DNA of 64,000 bases from Ruminococcus flavefaciens (GCA_023667045.1 JAMPAU010000001.1:1164594-1228593), one strand, 5' to 3'. Positions 1 through 9,893 are shown, counted from the first letter of the stretch. Notes: a model not told the origin generated them from the letters alone. Numbers and translations: made by a program.

Positions 1-771
1 GAGGCTGAAAACTCCGCACGCATGGGCAAAAAGGAAATAGTCCTTACCGGAATAAACCTCGCATTCTATGGCATTGAGTATGGTCTTAACCTTGCCGACG
101 CTGTGGAAGTCTGTGCCGGAGTTGACGGAATAGAACGCATAAGGCTTGGTTCTCTCGAACCGGAAAAAATGTCAGATGATTTGCTGAAAAGGCTTTCGGC
201 AGTTGAAAAGCTCTGTCCGCATTTTCATCTGTCACTGCAAAGCGGTTGCAACCGTACTCTAAAAGCCATGAACCGTCATTACACGGCAGAGGAGTATTAT
301 GAACTTACACGCAGAATAAGATATTATTTTCCGGAATGCTCTTTCACTACCGACGTTATGGTGGGTTTTCCGGACGAAACTGACGAGGATTTCAGAGAGT
401 CGGCTGATTTTGTCAGAAAAGTAGGATTCAGCCGTGTACACGTTTTTCGTTATTCAAGAAGAAAAGGCACTCCGGCGGACAGAATGACCGGACAGATTCC
501 CGAACACATAAAGTCACGCCGTGCCACAGAAATGGCGGAGACTGTCCGGCAGTCAGCAGAGGAGTATATGAAGTCTCTCGTCGGGAAAACTGTGAAAGTA
601 CTTTTTGAACGTGAAAACTGCACAGAATTTCATAGGGGATATTCAGCAGATTATACATTAATAAAAATTCCTCGTGAAAATTCTGAAAAAAGTTTGCGTA
701 ATCAGATGTTTTATGTTACAATAGAAGAAAGCCACTCCGATTTCTGCATTGGCAGAATGGTGAGTGAATAA
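1..771 (+). CDS. mtaB: tRNA methylthiotransferase MtaB (MiaB-like radical SAM), 5'-truncated by window edge
   Basis: Frame open from base 1; motifs RIRLGSLEPE, HFHLSLQSG, DVMVGFPDET, HVFRYSRRKGTPA; C-terminal TRAM-like region. Confidence 0.85.
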   Translation, partial: EAENSARMGKKEIVLTGINLAFYGIEYGLNLADAVEVCAGVDGIERIRLGSLEPEKMSDDLLKRLSAVEKLCPHFHLSLQSGCNRTLKAMNRHYTAEEYYELTRRIRYYFPECSFTTDVMVGFPDETDEDFRESADFVRKVGFSRVHVFRYSRRKGTPADRMTGQIPEHIKSRRATEMAETVRQSAEEYMKSLVGKTVKVLFERENCTEFHRGYSADYTLIKIPRENSEKSLRNQMFYVTIEESHSDFCIGRMVSE

Positions 772-822
772 TTCACAGCCTTGAAAAAGGTTGAAAATAA
801 TTTTAGAAATGGAGATTTTAAT

Positions 823-3800
823 ATGTCCGTATTCAGAATTTATGCCGAAAAAAAACCGGAATTTGCTGTTGAGGCACAGTCTGTACTCAGCGACGTGAGA
901 ACAGCCCTCAGACTGAATATCAACGGTCTGCGTATCCTCAACAGATACGACGCTGACAAGCTCAGTGAAGAAGATTTCAGAGCCTCTGTAAATACTGTCT
1001 TTTCAGAGCCTGCCGTTGACGTTGTTTACGAAGAACTCCCCGAAATCACTACCGACGACAGAGTTTTTGCCGTTGAGTATCTGCCGGGACAGTTTGACCA
1101 GCGTGCAGACAGCTGTGAACAGTGCATACAGATTCTCAGACAGGGCGAGCGTTGCCGTGTGAGAAATGCACGTGTGTATATTATTTCCGGCAATATCACA
1201 GATGAGGATTTCGACCGTCTCAAGTCCTATATCATAAACCCCGTCGAGAGCCGTGAGGCTTCACTGGAAAAGCCCGAAACTCTCGATACTAACTATGAGA
1301 TTCCCGAAACTGTAAAAACTCTGGACGGTTTCACAAGCCTTGACGATAACAGTCTGCATGATTTCATAAAACAGTATGGTCTTGCTATGGACTTTGATGA
1401 TATTAAATTCTGTCAGAAATATTTCCGTGACGACGAAAAGCGTGACCCCACTATCACTGAAATAAAGATGATTGATACCTACTGGTCTGACCACTGCCGT
1501 CATACTACATTCCTCACAAACGTCAAGGACGTTAAAATAGACGCTCCGTATATCAGAGATACTTATATTGAATATCTCGACGTGCGTGACGAACTCGGTC
1601 GCACCAAAAAGCCTATTACTCTCATGGATTTGGCTACAATCGGTGCAAGAAAACTCAAAGCCGACGGACTTCTTGACGACCTCGATGAGAGCGAGGAAAT
1701 AAATGCCTGTTCCGTTAAAATCAAGGTTGACGTTGACGGACAGCAGGAAGACTGGATTCTCATGTTCAAGAATGAGACACACAACCACCCCACTGAGATT
1801 GAACCATTCGGCGGTGCTGCTACCTGTCTCGGCGGTGCTATCCGTGACCCGCTCTCCGGACGTTCATATGTATATCAAGCTATGCGTGTTACCGGTGCTG
1901 CAAATCCTCTTGTACCCGTTGAGGACACTATCGCCGGAAAACTCCCACAGCGTAAGATAACTGTAGGTGCTGCCAACGGTTACAGCTCATACGGCAACCA
2001 GATTGGACTTGCTACCGGACACGTTGCAGAAGTATATCACCCCGGATATGTTGCAAAGAGAATGGAAATAGGTGCTGTAGTAGGTGCTGCACCTGCTGAA
2101 AATATCCGTCGTGAAAGACCTGCCCCGAATGATATAGTTGTACTGCTCGGCGGTAAGACAGGTCGTGACGGCTGTGGCGGTGCTACTGGTTCTTCAAAGT
2201 CGCATACTCTTGAATCTCTCGAAAATTGCGGTGCTGAAGTTCAGAAAGGCAATCCGCCGGAAGAAAGAAAGTTGCAGAGACTTTTCAGAAATCCGGAAGT
2301 TACAAAGATGATTAAACGCTGTAACGACTTCGGAGCAGGCGGTGTTTCTGTTGCTATCGGCGAACTTACAGACGGTCTTGTTATAAACCTCAATGCCGTG
2401 CCGAAAAAATATGACGGTCTTGACGGCACTGAAATTGCTATCAGTGAATCACAGGAAAGAATGGCTGTAGTTATCGCTCCGGAAGACCTTGAAAAGTTCA
2501 TGGCAGAGGCTAAAAAGGAAAACCTTGAGGCTACTGTAGTTGCTGACGTTGTTGAAGAACCACGCCTTAAAATGAACTGGAACGGTAAGACTATCGTAAA
2601 TCTTTCAAGGGATTTCCTCAATTCAAACGGTGCTGTCAAGTATACTGATATTGTCGTTGAAGAACCTGTCTTTACAGATGACGAGACTTTCACTGACAAT
2701 GCTGAAACATGGACAGAAATAATGTCCGGTCTTAACGTATGCTCACAGAAAGGTCTTATTGAAAAGTTCGATTCAACAATTGGTGCAGGTACTGTGCTTA
2801 TGCCCTTTGGTGGCGTATATCAGATGTCGCCATCACAGGCTATGGCAGGAAAGATTCCGGTACTCAAAGGCGAGACTAATACCTGTTCAATTATGGGCTG
2901 GGGCTATAATCCGGATATATCATCAAGAAGTCCGTATCATGGTGCAATGCTTGCTGTAGTTGAATCAATCGCAAAGGTAGTAGGAGCAGGCGGTTCATAT
3001 AAGCACTGCTGGCTTACTTTCCAGGAGTATTTTGAACGCACTCAGAATGACCCGAAACGCTGGGGAAAACCTCTCTCTGCATTGCTCGGTGCATTCAAGG
3101 CACAGCTTGAAATGGGTTGTGGTTCGATAGGCGGTAAGGATTCAATGTCGGGTACTTTCGAGAATATAGACGTACCGCCCACGCTTGTATCTTTTGCAGT
3201 ATCAACCGCACAGGCTAACAAGGTTGTTTCTACTGAATTTAAGGAAGCCGGAAACGACGTTATCATGATTGTACCGGAATACGACAGAAACGGTCTGCCG
3301 ATATTCGCAAGCCTTAAAAAGTGTTTTGACAAGGTTGAAAGTCTTATATCTTCCGGACGTGCTAATGCCGTATGGACACTTGGTTACGGCGGTGTTGCTG
3401 AGGGTATCGCAAAGATGTGTTTCGGCAATAAGCTCGGTTTTGAGTTCTCCGCACACCTCACACCGTCCGAACTCTATAAAGCCTGCTACGGTGCATTTAT
3501 CGTGGAAGTAATGGGCAATGCTCAGAATGATGAGTTTGTAATAGGCAAGACCATTTCCGACTATAAGATTTATACTGAAAAATACACTGTTAACCTTGAC
3601 AGTCTTCAGAGAGCGTGGGAGGGCAAGCTTGAACCTGTTTTCCCGTGCAGAATAAGAACTACTGACGTTACACCTCAGACTTATTCCCATGAAAATACTG
3701 AAAAGAAGTCCGCATCAATAAAGGTCGCACAGCCTAAGGTGCTTATTCCGGTATTCCCCGGCACTAACTGTGAGTACGATACAGCAAGAGCCTTTGAAAA

Positions 3801-4527
3801 AGCCGGTGCTGTAGCTGAAACTGTAGTTATCAAGAACCTTTCAGCCTCAGACCTCGAAGACAGCATAAACTACTTTGAAAAGGCTGTAAAGGAATCCCAG
3901 ATTATCATGATACCCGGCGGATTCAGCGGTGGTGACGAACCGGAAGGCAGTGGTAAGTTTATTACTGCATTCTTCCGCAACCCGAAAATCAAGGACGCTG
4001 TTCACGAACTCCTCAAAAACCGTGACGGTCTTATGCTTGGTATCTGCAACGGTTTTCAAGCATTAATAAAACTCGGTCTTGTGCCTTTCGGCGAAATAGT
4101 TGACATGACCGACGAATCACCTACACTTACATTCAATACAATAGCACGTCACCAGTCAATGATGGTGAATACAAGAATCGCTTCTAATAAGTCCCCATGG
4201 CTTTACGGCTGTGAGGTGGGAGACATTCACACAGTACCGATTTCGCACGGTGAGGGACGTTTTGTAGCACCTCAGAGCCTTATTCAGAGACTCGCTAATA
4301 ACGGTCAGATTGCTACCCAGTATGTTGACCTTGAGGGCTGTCCTACTATGGATATACGCTACAATCCCAATACCTCAATTGAGGCTATCGAGGGTATTAC
4401 TTCTCCGGACGGTCGTGTACTCGGTAAAATGGGTCACTCCGAGCGTAAGGGCAGTTACATCTGCAAGAACGTTTCCGGAAACAAAGACCAGAAAATATTT
4501 GAGAGCGGTGTAAACTACTTCAAGTAA
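823..4527 (+). CDS. purL: Phosphoribosylformylglycinamidine synthase (large fused PurL with glutaminase domain)
   Basis: WSDHCRH, KNETHNHPTEIEPFGGAATCLGGAIRD, GGFSGGD, GICNGFQ, SHGEG, MGHSER; ATG at 823 after GGAG. Confidence 0.97.
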   Translation: MSVFRIYAEKKPEFAVEAQSVLSDVRTALRLNINGLRILNRYDADKLSEEDFRASVNTVFSEPAVDVVYEELPEITTDDRVFAVEYLPGQFDQRADSCEQCIQILRQGERCRVRNARVYIISGNITDEDFDRLKSYIINPVESREASLEKPETLDTNYEIPETVKTLDGFTSLDDNSLHDFIKQYGLAMDFDDIKFCQKYFRDDEKRDPTITEIKMIDTYWSDHCRHTTFLTNVKDVKIDAPYIRDTYIEYLDVRDELGRTKKPITLMDLATIGARKLKADGLLDDLDESEEINACSVKIKVDVDGQQEDWILMFKNETHNHPTEIEPFGGAATCLGGAIRDPLSGRSYVYQAMRVTGAANPLVPVEDTIAGKLPQRKITVGAANGYSSYGNQIGLATGHVAEVYHPGYVAKRMEIGAVVGAAPAENIRRERPAPNDIVVLLGGKTGRDGCGGATGSSKSHTLESLENCGAEVQKGNPPEERKLQRLFRNPEVTKMIKRCNDFGAGGVSVAIGELTDGLVINLNAVPKKYDGLDGTEIAISESQERMAVVIAPEDLEKFMAEAKKENLEATVVADVVEEPRLKMNWNGKTIVNLSRDFLNSNGAVKYTDIVVEEPVFTDDETFTDNAETWTEIMSGLNVCSQKGLIEKFDSTIGAGTVLMPFGGVYQMSPSQAMAGKIPVLKGETNTCSIMGWGYNPDISSRSPYHGAMLAVVESIAKVVGAGGSYKHCWLTFQEYFERTQNDPKRWGKPLSALLGAFKAQLEMGCGSIGGKDSMSGTFENIDVPPTLVSFAVSTAQANKVVSTEFKEAGNDVIMIVPEYDRNGLPIFASLKKCFDKVESLISSGRANAVWTLGYGGVAEGIAKMCFGNKLGFEFSAHLTPSELYKACYGAFIVEVMGNAQNDEFVIGKTISDYKIYTEKYTVNLDSLQRAWEGKLEPVFPCRIRTTDVTPQTYSHENTEKKSASIKVAQPKVLIPVFPGTNCEYDTARAFEKAGAVAETVVIKNLSASDLEDSINYFEKAVKESQIIMIPGGFSGGDEPEGSGKFITAFFRNPKIKDAVHELLKNRDGLMLGICNGFQALIKLGLVPFGEIVDMTDESPTLTFNTIARHQSMMVNTRIASNKSPWLYGCEVGDIHTVPISHGEGRFVAPQSLIQRLANNGQIATQYVDLEGCPTMDIRYNPNTSIEAIEGITSPDGRVLGKMGHSERKGSYICKNVSGNKDQKIFESGVNYFK

Positions 4528-4534
4528 TATAAAT

Positions 4535-4731
4535 ATATGACGGATTGAAAAATATCCGTCATATCTGTTTAAGGCTATATATAGCTGAAAATATCACTTT
4601 TCGGTGACGGATATGACGGATTTTTACTATTTTTATAACTCCTTAATAAAAGAATATATAATATATATATAAAATAAAAAAACAGAAAAGGTTTATAAAA
4701 AAGGGTCATATCCGTCATATCCGTCACCCGA
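4535..4731. repeat. Iteron-like inverted repeats (TGACGGA units) flanking an AT-rich tract; phage/satellite origin-like
   Basis: Hairpin atatgacgga..tccgtcatat 4535-4564; arm tcggtgacggatatgacggat 4601-4621 inverted to atccgtcatatccgtcacccga 4710-4731; ~90 bp very AT-rich core. Confidence 0.7.
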
Positions 4732-4767
4732 AATAAGCAATGATATAAAAATTTTACCAAAAAATAC

Positions 4768-4796
4768 TTGACAAAGTTGAATATTTATGATATACT
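4768..4796 (+). promoter_or_regulatory. Sigma70 promoter of CRISPR-like leader, copy A (would also drive glgA)
   Basis: TTGACA 4768-4773, 17 bp, TG-extended TATACT 4791-4796; near-identical to promoters at 26426 and 26704. Confidence 0.85.
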
Positions 4797-4835
4797 GTTT
4801 TTATAACAGGGTCTGTTTTAAAGGGGCTTTTTATT

Positions 4836-4893
4836 ATTTTCCCTGCATACGCAGGGGTGACCCTAGTAAAAATTTTCCCCACATAGGCGTGGG
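4836..4893 (+). CRISPR. Type I-E-like repeat, 8-nt remnant spacer and degenerate second repeat (mini-array copy A)
   Basis: ATTTTCCCTGCATACGCAGGGGTGACCC 4836-4863, identical to 26769-26796; then tagtaaaa; then ATTTTCCCCACATAGGCGTGGG hairpin. Confidence 0.75.
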
Positions 4894-4916
4894 AGACACA
4901 TAAGGAGTTGATTGCA

Positions 4917-6371
4917 ATGAACCAAATTCTTTTTGCTGCTTCAGAGTGCGTACCATTTATAAAGACCGGCGGTCTTGCGGACGTTGTGGGCGCTCTTCCG
5001 AAGTACCTCAACAAGAACGATTTCGACGTAAGGGTTATCCTGCCTTACTATACCTGCATTCCTGCAAAATACAGGGATAATTTCAAGTATGTCACACATT
5101 TCTATATGGACTATGGCATGAGAAAGGAAAATGTTCATGTCGGCATTATGGAATACGAATACAGTGGTATCAAATTCTATTTCGTGGACAATGAATACTA
5201 CTTCAAGTGCGATACTCCTTATTCTGCTGATTTGAAGTGGGATATTGAAAGATATACTTTCTTCTGCAAGGCTGTACTCGCTATTCTTCCGGTTATTGGC
5301 TTCCGTCCGGACATCATTCACTGCCACGACTGGCAGGCATCGCTTATTCCGGTGTTCATGCACTCTACCTTTGCAACTAACCCTTTCTACAGCTCAACAA
5401 GAACTATCATGACTATCCACAACCTTAAATTTCAAGGTGTATGGAATATTGATACTTTCAAGTACAATACTGCACTTCCGGACTATATGTTTACTCCAGA
5501 TAAGCTCGAATTTAAAAAGGACGCTAATATGCTTAAGGGCGGTCTTGTTTATGCCGACTACATCACCACTGTAAGCGAAACATACGCTGAGGAAATCAAA
5601 TATCCTTTCTATGGCGAACAGCTTGACGGTCTTCTTCGTGCAAGGTCTGCTTCTCTGCGTGGTATCGTAAACGGCATTGACTACAATGTTTTCGACCCCA
5701 ACAACGACAAGCACATCTACAAGGAATACCATGCAAAGAACTTCAAGAAGAAAAAGGCTGTAAACAAAACTGAACTTCAGAAAGAACTTGGTCTTCCTGT
5801 TGATGAAAATAAGTACATGATAGCTATAATCTCACGTCTTACCGACCAGAAGGGTCTCGACCTCGTAAGCTACGTCATGGAGCGTATCTGCGATGAAAAC
5901 ACCCAGTTTGTCGTAATCGGTACTGGCGACCACAGATATGAAGATATGTTCCGTCACTATCAGTGGAAGTACCCCGACAGAGTTTCAGCTAATATCCTCT
6001 ATTCCGACCCTCTCGCTCACAAACTCTATGCTGCTGCCGACGCTATGCTTATGCCCTCTCTCTTTGAACCGTGCGGACTTACTCAGCTTATCTCCCTCAG
6101 ATATGGTACAGTGCCGATTGTACGTGAAACAGGCGGTCTCAAAGACACTGTAGCACCTTACAATGAATTTGACGGCACAGGCACTGGATTCTCCTTTGCA
6201 AACTACAACGGCGAGGAAATGCTCGGCGTAATCAACTACTCAAAGCACATTTACTTCAATCACCGTGACCAGTGGGACAAAATGGTTTACAGGGGCATGA
6301 CTACCGATTATTCATGGAACAGCTCCGCAAGACAGTATGAAGGTATGTACAACTGGATTATCAACTGGTAA
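4917..6371 (+). CDS. glgA: Glycogen synthase
   Basis: KTGGLADV motif, HCHDWQ, TIHNLKFQG, PSLFEPCGL; ATG 4917 after AAGGAG. Confidence 0.95.
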   Translation: MNQILFAASECVPFIKTGGLADVVGALPKYLNKNDFDVRVILPYYTCIPAKYRDNFKYVTHFYMDYGMRKENVHVGIMEYEYSGIKFYFVDNEYYFKCDTPYSADLKWDIERYTFFCKAVLAILPVIGFRPDIIHCHDWQASLIPVFMHSTFATNPFYSSTRTIMTIHNLKFQGVWNIDTFKYNTALPDYMFTPDKLEFKKDANMLKGGLVYADYITTVSETYAEEIKYPFYGEQLDGLLRARSASLRGIVNGIDYNVFDPNNDKHIYKEYHAKNFKKKKAVNKTELQKELGLPVDENKYMIAIISRLTDQKGLDLVSYVMERICDENTQFVVIGTGDHRYEDMFRHYQWKYPDRVSANILYSDPLAHKLYAAADAMLMPSLFEPCGLTQLISLRYGTVPIVRETGGLKDTVAPYNEFDGTGTGFSFANYNGEEMLGVINYSKHIYFNHRDQWDKMVYRGMTTDYSWNSSARQYEGMYNWIINW

Positions 6372-6456
6372 TTAAATCAAATTCTATGGGCGGACATTAT
6401 CTGTCTGCCCTTATTTTAATAAAATCTGTTGTAAATTATTTATTATTTTAGATATT

Positions 6457-6813
6457 ATGGACAAACAACTTGCAGTACAGATTATTGATATATGCTTTAC
6501 TGATGATGTAAGAAATACTTTTCGTAATGCAATACAAAGAGGTTATGAAAAAAATAGTAAAAAGAGATTGCTGTATTCTGCTATATATTCTTGTATTGAA
6601 AGCGACGAAATAAAAAATTTAGGATTTAATGCAGAATTGGAGCAGTATAAAAGTTCTTATAAAACACATATTTACAATGATAAATTTGTAATTGATGTAT
6701 TTGAAAGTAATCATAACAATAATACAAATTATGACAATAAAAAGACTTTATCTGAAATAAAAATACATATATATGACGAAAATATAAATCTTATTTATGA
6801 GGAAAATTTATAA
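6457..6813 (+). CDS. Hypothetical low-GC protein
   Basis: 118-aa ORF, markedly AT-rich, stop abuts the RBS of the next gene. Confidence 0.55.
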   Translation: MDKQLAVQIIDICFTDDVRNTFRNAIQRGYEKNSKKRLLYSAIYSCIESDEIKNLGFNAELEQYKSSYKTHIYNDKFVIDVFESNHNNNTNYDNKKTLSEIKIHIYDENINLIYEENL

Positions 6814-6824
6814 GGAGTGATTCT

Positions 6825-7478
6825 ATGAAAATAAAAGGTGCGGTATTTGATATGGACGGTCTTATGCTTGATACCGAAAAGCTCCTTGTGCGTTTCTGGA
6901 AAGATTCTGCCCGTGAATACGGCTACACCATGACCGATGAAAACGTCTTTGAGATACGCAGTCTTTCACGGAAGTATTCAGTGCCTTTGCTTAAAGGTAT
7001 TTTCGGCGAGGATTTCCCTTTCAATGAAGTACGGCAGAGGCGTATAGAACTTATGAACGACTACATAGACAGGTACGGATTTGAAGTGAAAAAAGGTCTG
7101 TTTGAACTTCTCGACTACCTTAAAAGCAATGATTACTGCATAGCCGTTGCCACAGCTACCGACCGTGAACGTGCTGAATGCTATCTGAAAAAAATAGGTG
7201 CGTATGAATATTTTGACGCTGTGATATGTGGCGATATGGTTACTAACGGCAAGCCCGAACCCGATATATATATTACCGCCTCTCAGAAACTCGGTCTTTC
7301 TGCAGATGAGTGTGTGGCTTTTGAGGATTCCCCTAACGGCATAAAATCGGCTTATTCGGCAGGCTGTAAAGTCATCATGATACCCGATCTTACTCAGCCC
7401 GACGACAGCATACTGCCTATGTTGTGTGGTGTATATGAAAGTCTTGACAGAGCGGTTGATTTCTTTAAAGGAGAGTAA
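6825..7478 (+). CDS. HAD-family phosphatase (beta-PGM/Gph-like)
   Basis: FDMDGLMLDTE, KPEPDIY, FEDSPNG. Confidence 0.9.
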   Translation: MKIKGAVFDMDGLMLDTEKLLVRFWKDSAREYGYTMTDENVFEIRSLSRKYSVPLLKGIFGEDFPFNEVRQRRIELMNDYIDRYGFEVKKGLFELLDYLKSNDYCIAVATATDRERAECYLKKIGAYEYFDAVICGDMVTNGKPEPDIYITASQKLGLSADECVAFEDSPNGIKSAYSAGCKVIMIPDLTQPDDSILPMLCGVYESLDRAVDFFKGE

Positions 7479-7481
7479 TTT

Positions 7482-7736
7482 ATGTCCGGAAAAACAAGCG
7501 TATCAGAAATTTTTGAAATACCTAAGTTCTATTATTTTCAGAGCGGAAACGATTACTCCGGCAGTATGGGAGACTTTGCCTACAAGATAAAAAACGGTGA
7601 AAAACTTAAATGTCTCACATGGCATGGCAGACTTTGCTCAATGAAAGCCACTATAGAAAACGAAAAGGATTTTGAAAAAACTCAAGAAGGTTTTGAATCT
7701 CTCATAAAGTGGCTTGAAGAAAAATATGCAGAATAA
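7482..7736 (+). CDS. Hypothetical protein
   Basis: 84-aa ORF with RBS GGAG, coupled to the HAD gene, followed by a terminator. Confidence 0.7.
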   Translation: MSGKTSVSEIFEIPKFYYFQSGNDYSGSMGDFAYKIKNGEKLKCLTWHGRLCSMKATIENEKDFEKTQEGFESLIKWLEEKYAE

Positions 7737-7737
7737 C

Positions 7738-7772
7738 AAAAAAGACTTCTGTTTTTTTGCAGAAGTCTTTTT
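7738..7772. terminator. Bidirectional intrinsic terminator
   Basis: aaaagacttctg-loop-cagaagtctttt between convergent genes. Confidence 0.8.
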
Positions 7773-7778
7773 ATTTTA

Positions 7779-9893
7779 TTAAATAACTCCGGGGTCGTCT
7801 CCGTTGCCTATTTCAATGGGCGGGTCGGGTTCAACGACAGGCGGTTGAGTTTCCGGCGGACTTGTCACTGGCGGGTCGGGTTCAACGACAGGCGGTTGGG
7901 TTTCCGGCGGACTTGTAACCGGCGGGTCTGTAACAGGCTGTTCAGTAACAGGTGTTTGAGTTTCCGGCGGATTTGTATAATATTGTGCAGTAGTAGTTAC
8001 GGCGGTTGTGACAGGTGCGACATACTGTGAGGTAGTTTGTTTCTGAGTAGTTTTTTCGGTAGTTTCTTCCTGCTGATAGCCGTTTCCGTCATTGATAAAG
8101 AGATTGTCGTTATTTGTAGTAACGTTTTCCGAGTAGTAATATACAATCAGCTTTTTGCCCTCTTTGTTGCTGAAAGTATCACCTGCTTTTACGTCTTTGC
8201 CCTCAACCTGCAAGTAAGTTACTACATCGGGTTCTACGCCTGTAGCCTTAGTGGCGAGTATCGAGTAATTGGATATACCTGCTTCTTTCAGCTTTGCCTC
8301 GTAATCTTTTATCTTTACGTCCTTGTATTCCGGAATCACAGCAGTTTCCTTGCCCTTGCTGACTTTAACCTTGATAGTGGCACGACCGCCTACAAGCTGT
8401 TCGCCCTCTTCAACGCTCTGCCAGAAAATCATATCCGGCTCATAGTCGTCATTGTAGTCGTATTCAGCTTCGAGGGTGAAGAAGTCCTTGTATTTTTCGG
8501 CGGTAAACTCATAGAATTTTCCAATAAGGTCGGGCATTAAAGTGTCAAGATTTTCTGTTGTTTCTTCCTGTTCCGGCGAATCTCCGGAAACCACATTATC
8601 AGAAGACGAAACTGAACTGTTGTGACGGTTAGCAGAATTATTCTGACGGTTAGCCTGAGTATCGGTAATCATATTGATTATGAAAACCGCTATTATCATA
8701 AGTATGGCAATAAGCAGTATGCCGATAATAACCGGAACTTTCAGACGGTCTACAGTTTCATAGCGGTAGTCGTTGTTGTTGCCGTCGTTGTTTCGTTCAT
8801 AGTCTGTATTGCGGTAATCTTCCGGCGGTCTGTACTGTCTTTCCGTATGATTTTCGGTCTGATGGTGCGTACGTTTTTCGGGATTCACACGGCTTATTAC
8901 GGTAGTATTCTGAATAGTCTTCGGAGCTGGCTGTTCAAAGAGTTTGGTAACGAGTTCGGTTATAGTCTGAATGCGGTCACAGCCGGAGAGGTTCATACCT
9001 GCCATTATAACCTTTGATACATGGCGTGGGATTTTAGCACTCAGCATATGAGGCTCGCATAGTTCGTCGTCTTTAAGTCTTCTCATTGAATCAACCGGCA
9101 TACAGCCTGTCAAAGCACGGTACATCAAGGCACAAACGCCGTATACGTCTGTCCATGAGCCTTGTCTGCTGTTACTGCTTGCCGAGTACTGTTCCGGAGC
9201 GGTATAGCCTTTAAATAGTTCATATTCAAGACCAGCGTCGGCGGTTCTCACGGCAGAAATGCAGAATCCTGTTAATTTCAGTTCGCCTTTGTTTGTTATG
9301 TATACTGTATCGGGACATATTGCACGGTGGATAATTCCTGCATTATGGAGAATACCAAGAGTAGTAAACATAGGCGGAAATAATTTTGAAATCTGTTCCC
9401 AGCTAAGTTCTCCGGCATTGTCTTTGAGGTAGTCAAGCATTTTTACGCCGTCGATATGCTCAAATACTGTATACGTGGTATTATTTTCAGTAAACATATC
9501 AAGCACAGGGTTTATATTTGAGTTATTACGCAGACGTGCAAGCGACTTGTTGAGTGCGGTATATTCTGCCATAAAAGCCTTATACTTGGCGAGGTTTTCA
9601 TAGCCCACCTCAATAGCAGTAGAACCGCTGACACGTGTGCAGAGATTGACAGGCATATATTCCTTGATGAGAACAGTGCATTCCGTTGATGTATCAAGGG
9701 CGATATAAGTAGCACCCTCGCCGTTGTATTCAAGCATTACGCCTACGAGGTATCTTTCATGGAGTATTGTACCCGGAGATATATACATGGGATTTGACGG
9801 AGTATTTTCAGAATATCCGCATGACGAACATATCGAAAGTACGTCATTGTCGTATCTTTTCATACATCTGTAACATATTTTGCGTTCTCCCAA
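7779..9893 (-). CDS. Membrane Hanks-type Ser/Thr kinase-like protein with PASTA domains, N-terminal Zn ribbon and Pro/Thr tail; probable pseudokinase
   Basis: CYRC..CSSC; kinase fold with IKE, APEQ and DVY but HRA and GFC in place of HRD and DFG; one TM segment; PASTA-like PDLIGK...VKVSKG; TTG start 9893 after GGAGG. Confidence 0.85.
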   Translation of the reverse strand: MGERKICYRCMKRYDNDVLSICSSCGYSENTPSNPMYISPGTILHERYLVGVMLEYNGEGATYIALDTSTECTVLIKEYMPVNLCTRVSGSTAIEVGYENLAKYKAFMAEYTALNKSLARLRNNSNINPVLDMFTENNTTYTVFEHIDGVKMLDYLKDNAGELSWEQISKLFPPMFTTLGILHNAGIIHRAICPDTVYITNKGELKLTGFCISAVRTADAGLEYELFKGYTAPEQYSASSNSRQGSWTDVYGVCALMYRALTGCMPVDSMRRLKDDELCEPHMLSAKIPRHVSKVIMAGMNLSGCDRIQTITELVTKLFEQPAPKTIQNTTVISRVNPEKRTHHQTENHTERQYRPPEDYRNTDYERNNDGNNNDYRYETVDRLKVPVIIGILLIAILMIIAVFIINMITDTQANRQNNSANRHNSSVSSSDNVVSGDSPEQEETTENLDTLMPDLIGKFYEFTAEKYKDFFTLEAEYDYNDDYEPDMIFWQSVEEGEQLVGGRATIKVKVSKGKETAVIPEYKDVKIKDYEAKLKEAGISNYSILATKATGVEPDVVTYLQVEGKDVKAGDTFSNKEGKKLIVYYYSENVTTNNDNLFINDGNGYQQEETTEKTTQKQTTSQYVAPVTTAVTTTAQYYTNPPETQTPVTEQPVTDPPVTSPPETQPPVVEPDPPVTSPPETQPPVVEPDPPIEIGNGDDPGVI
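7819..7928 (-). repeat. 51-bp coding tandem repeat (DPPVTSPPETQPPVVEP x2+)
   Basis: Near-identical units starting at 7819 and 7870. Confidence 0.9.

Noticed and set aside
4575-5014. ORFs 4575-4760 (-) and 4754-5014 (-)
   Set aside because: They are by-products of the iteron/AT-rich tract and the antisense strand of the CRISPR leader and glgA.
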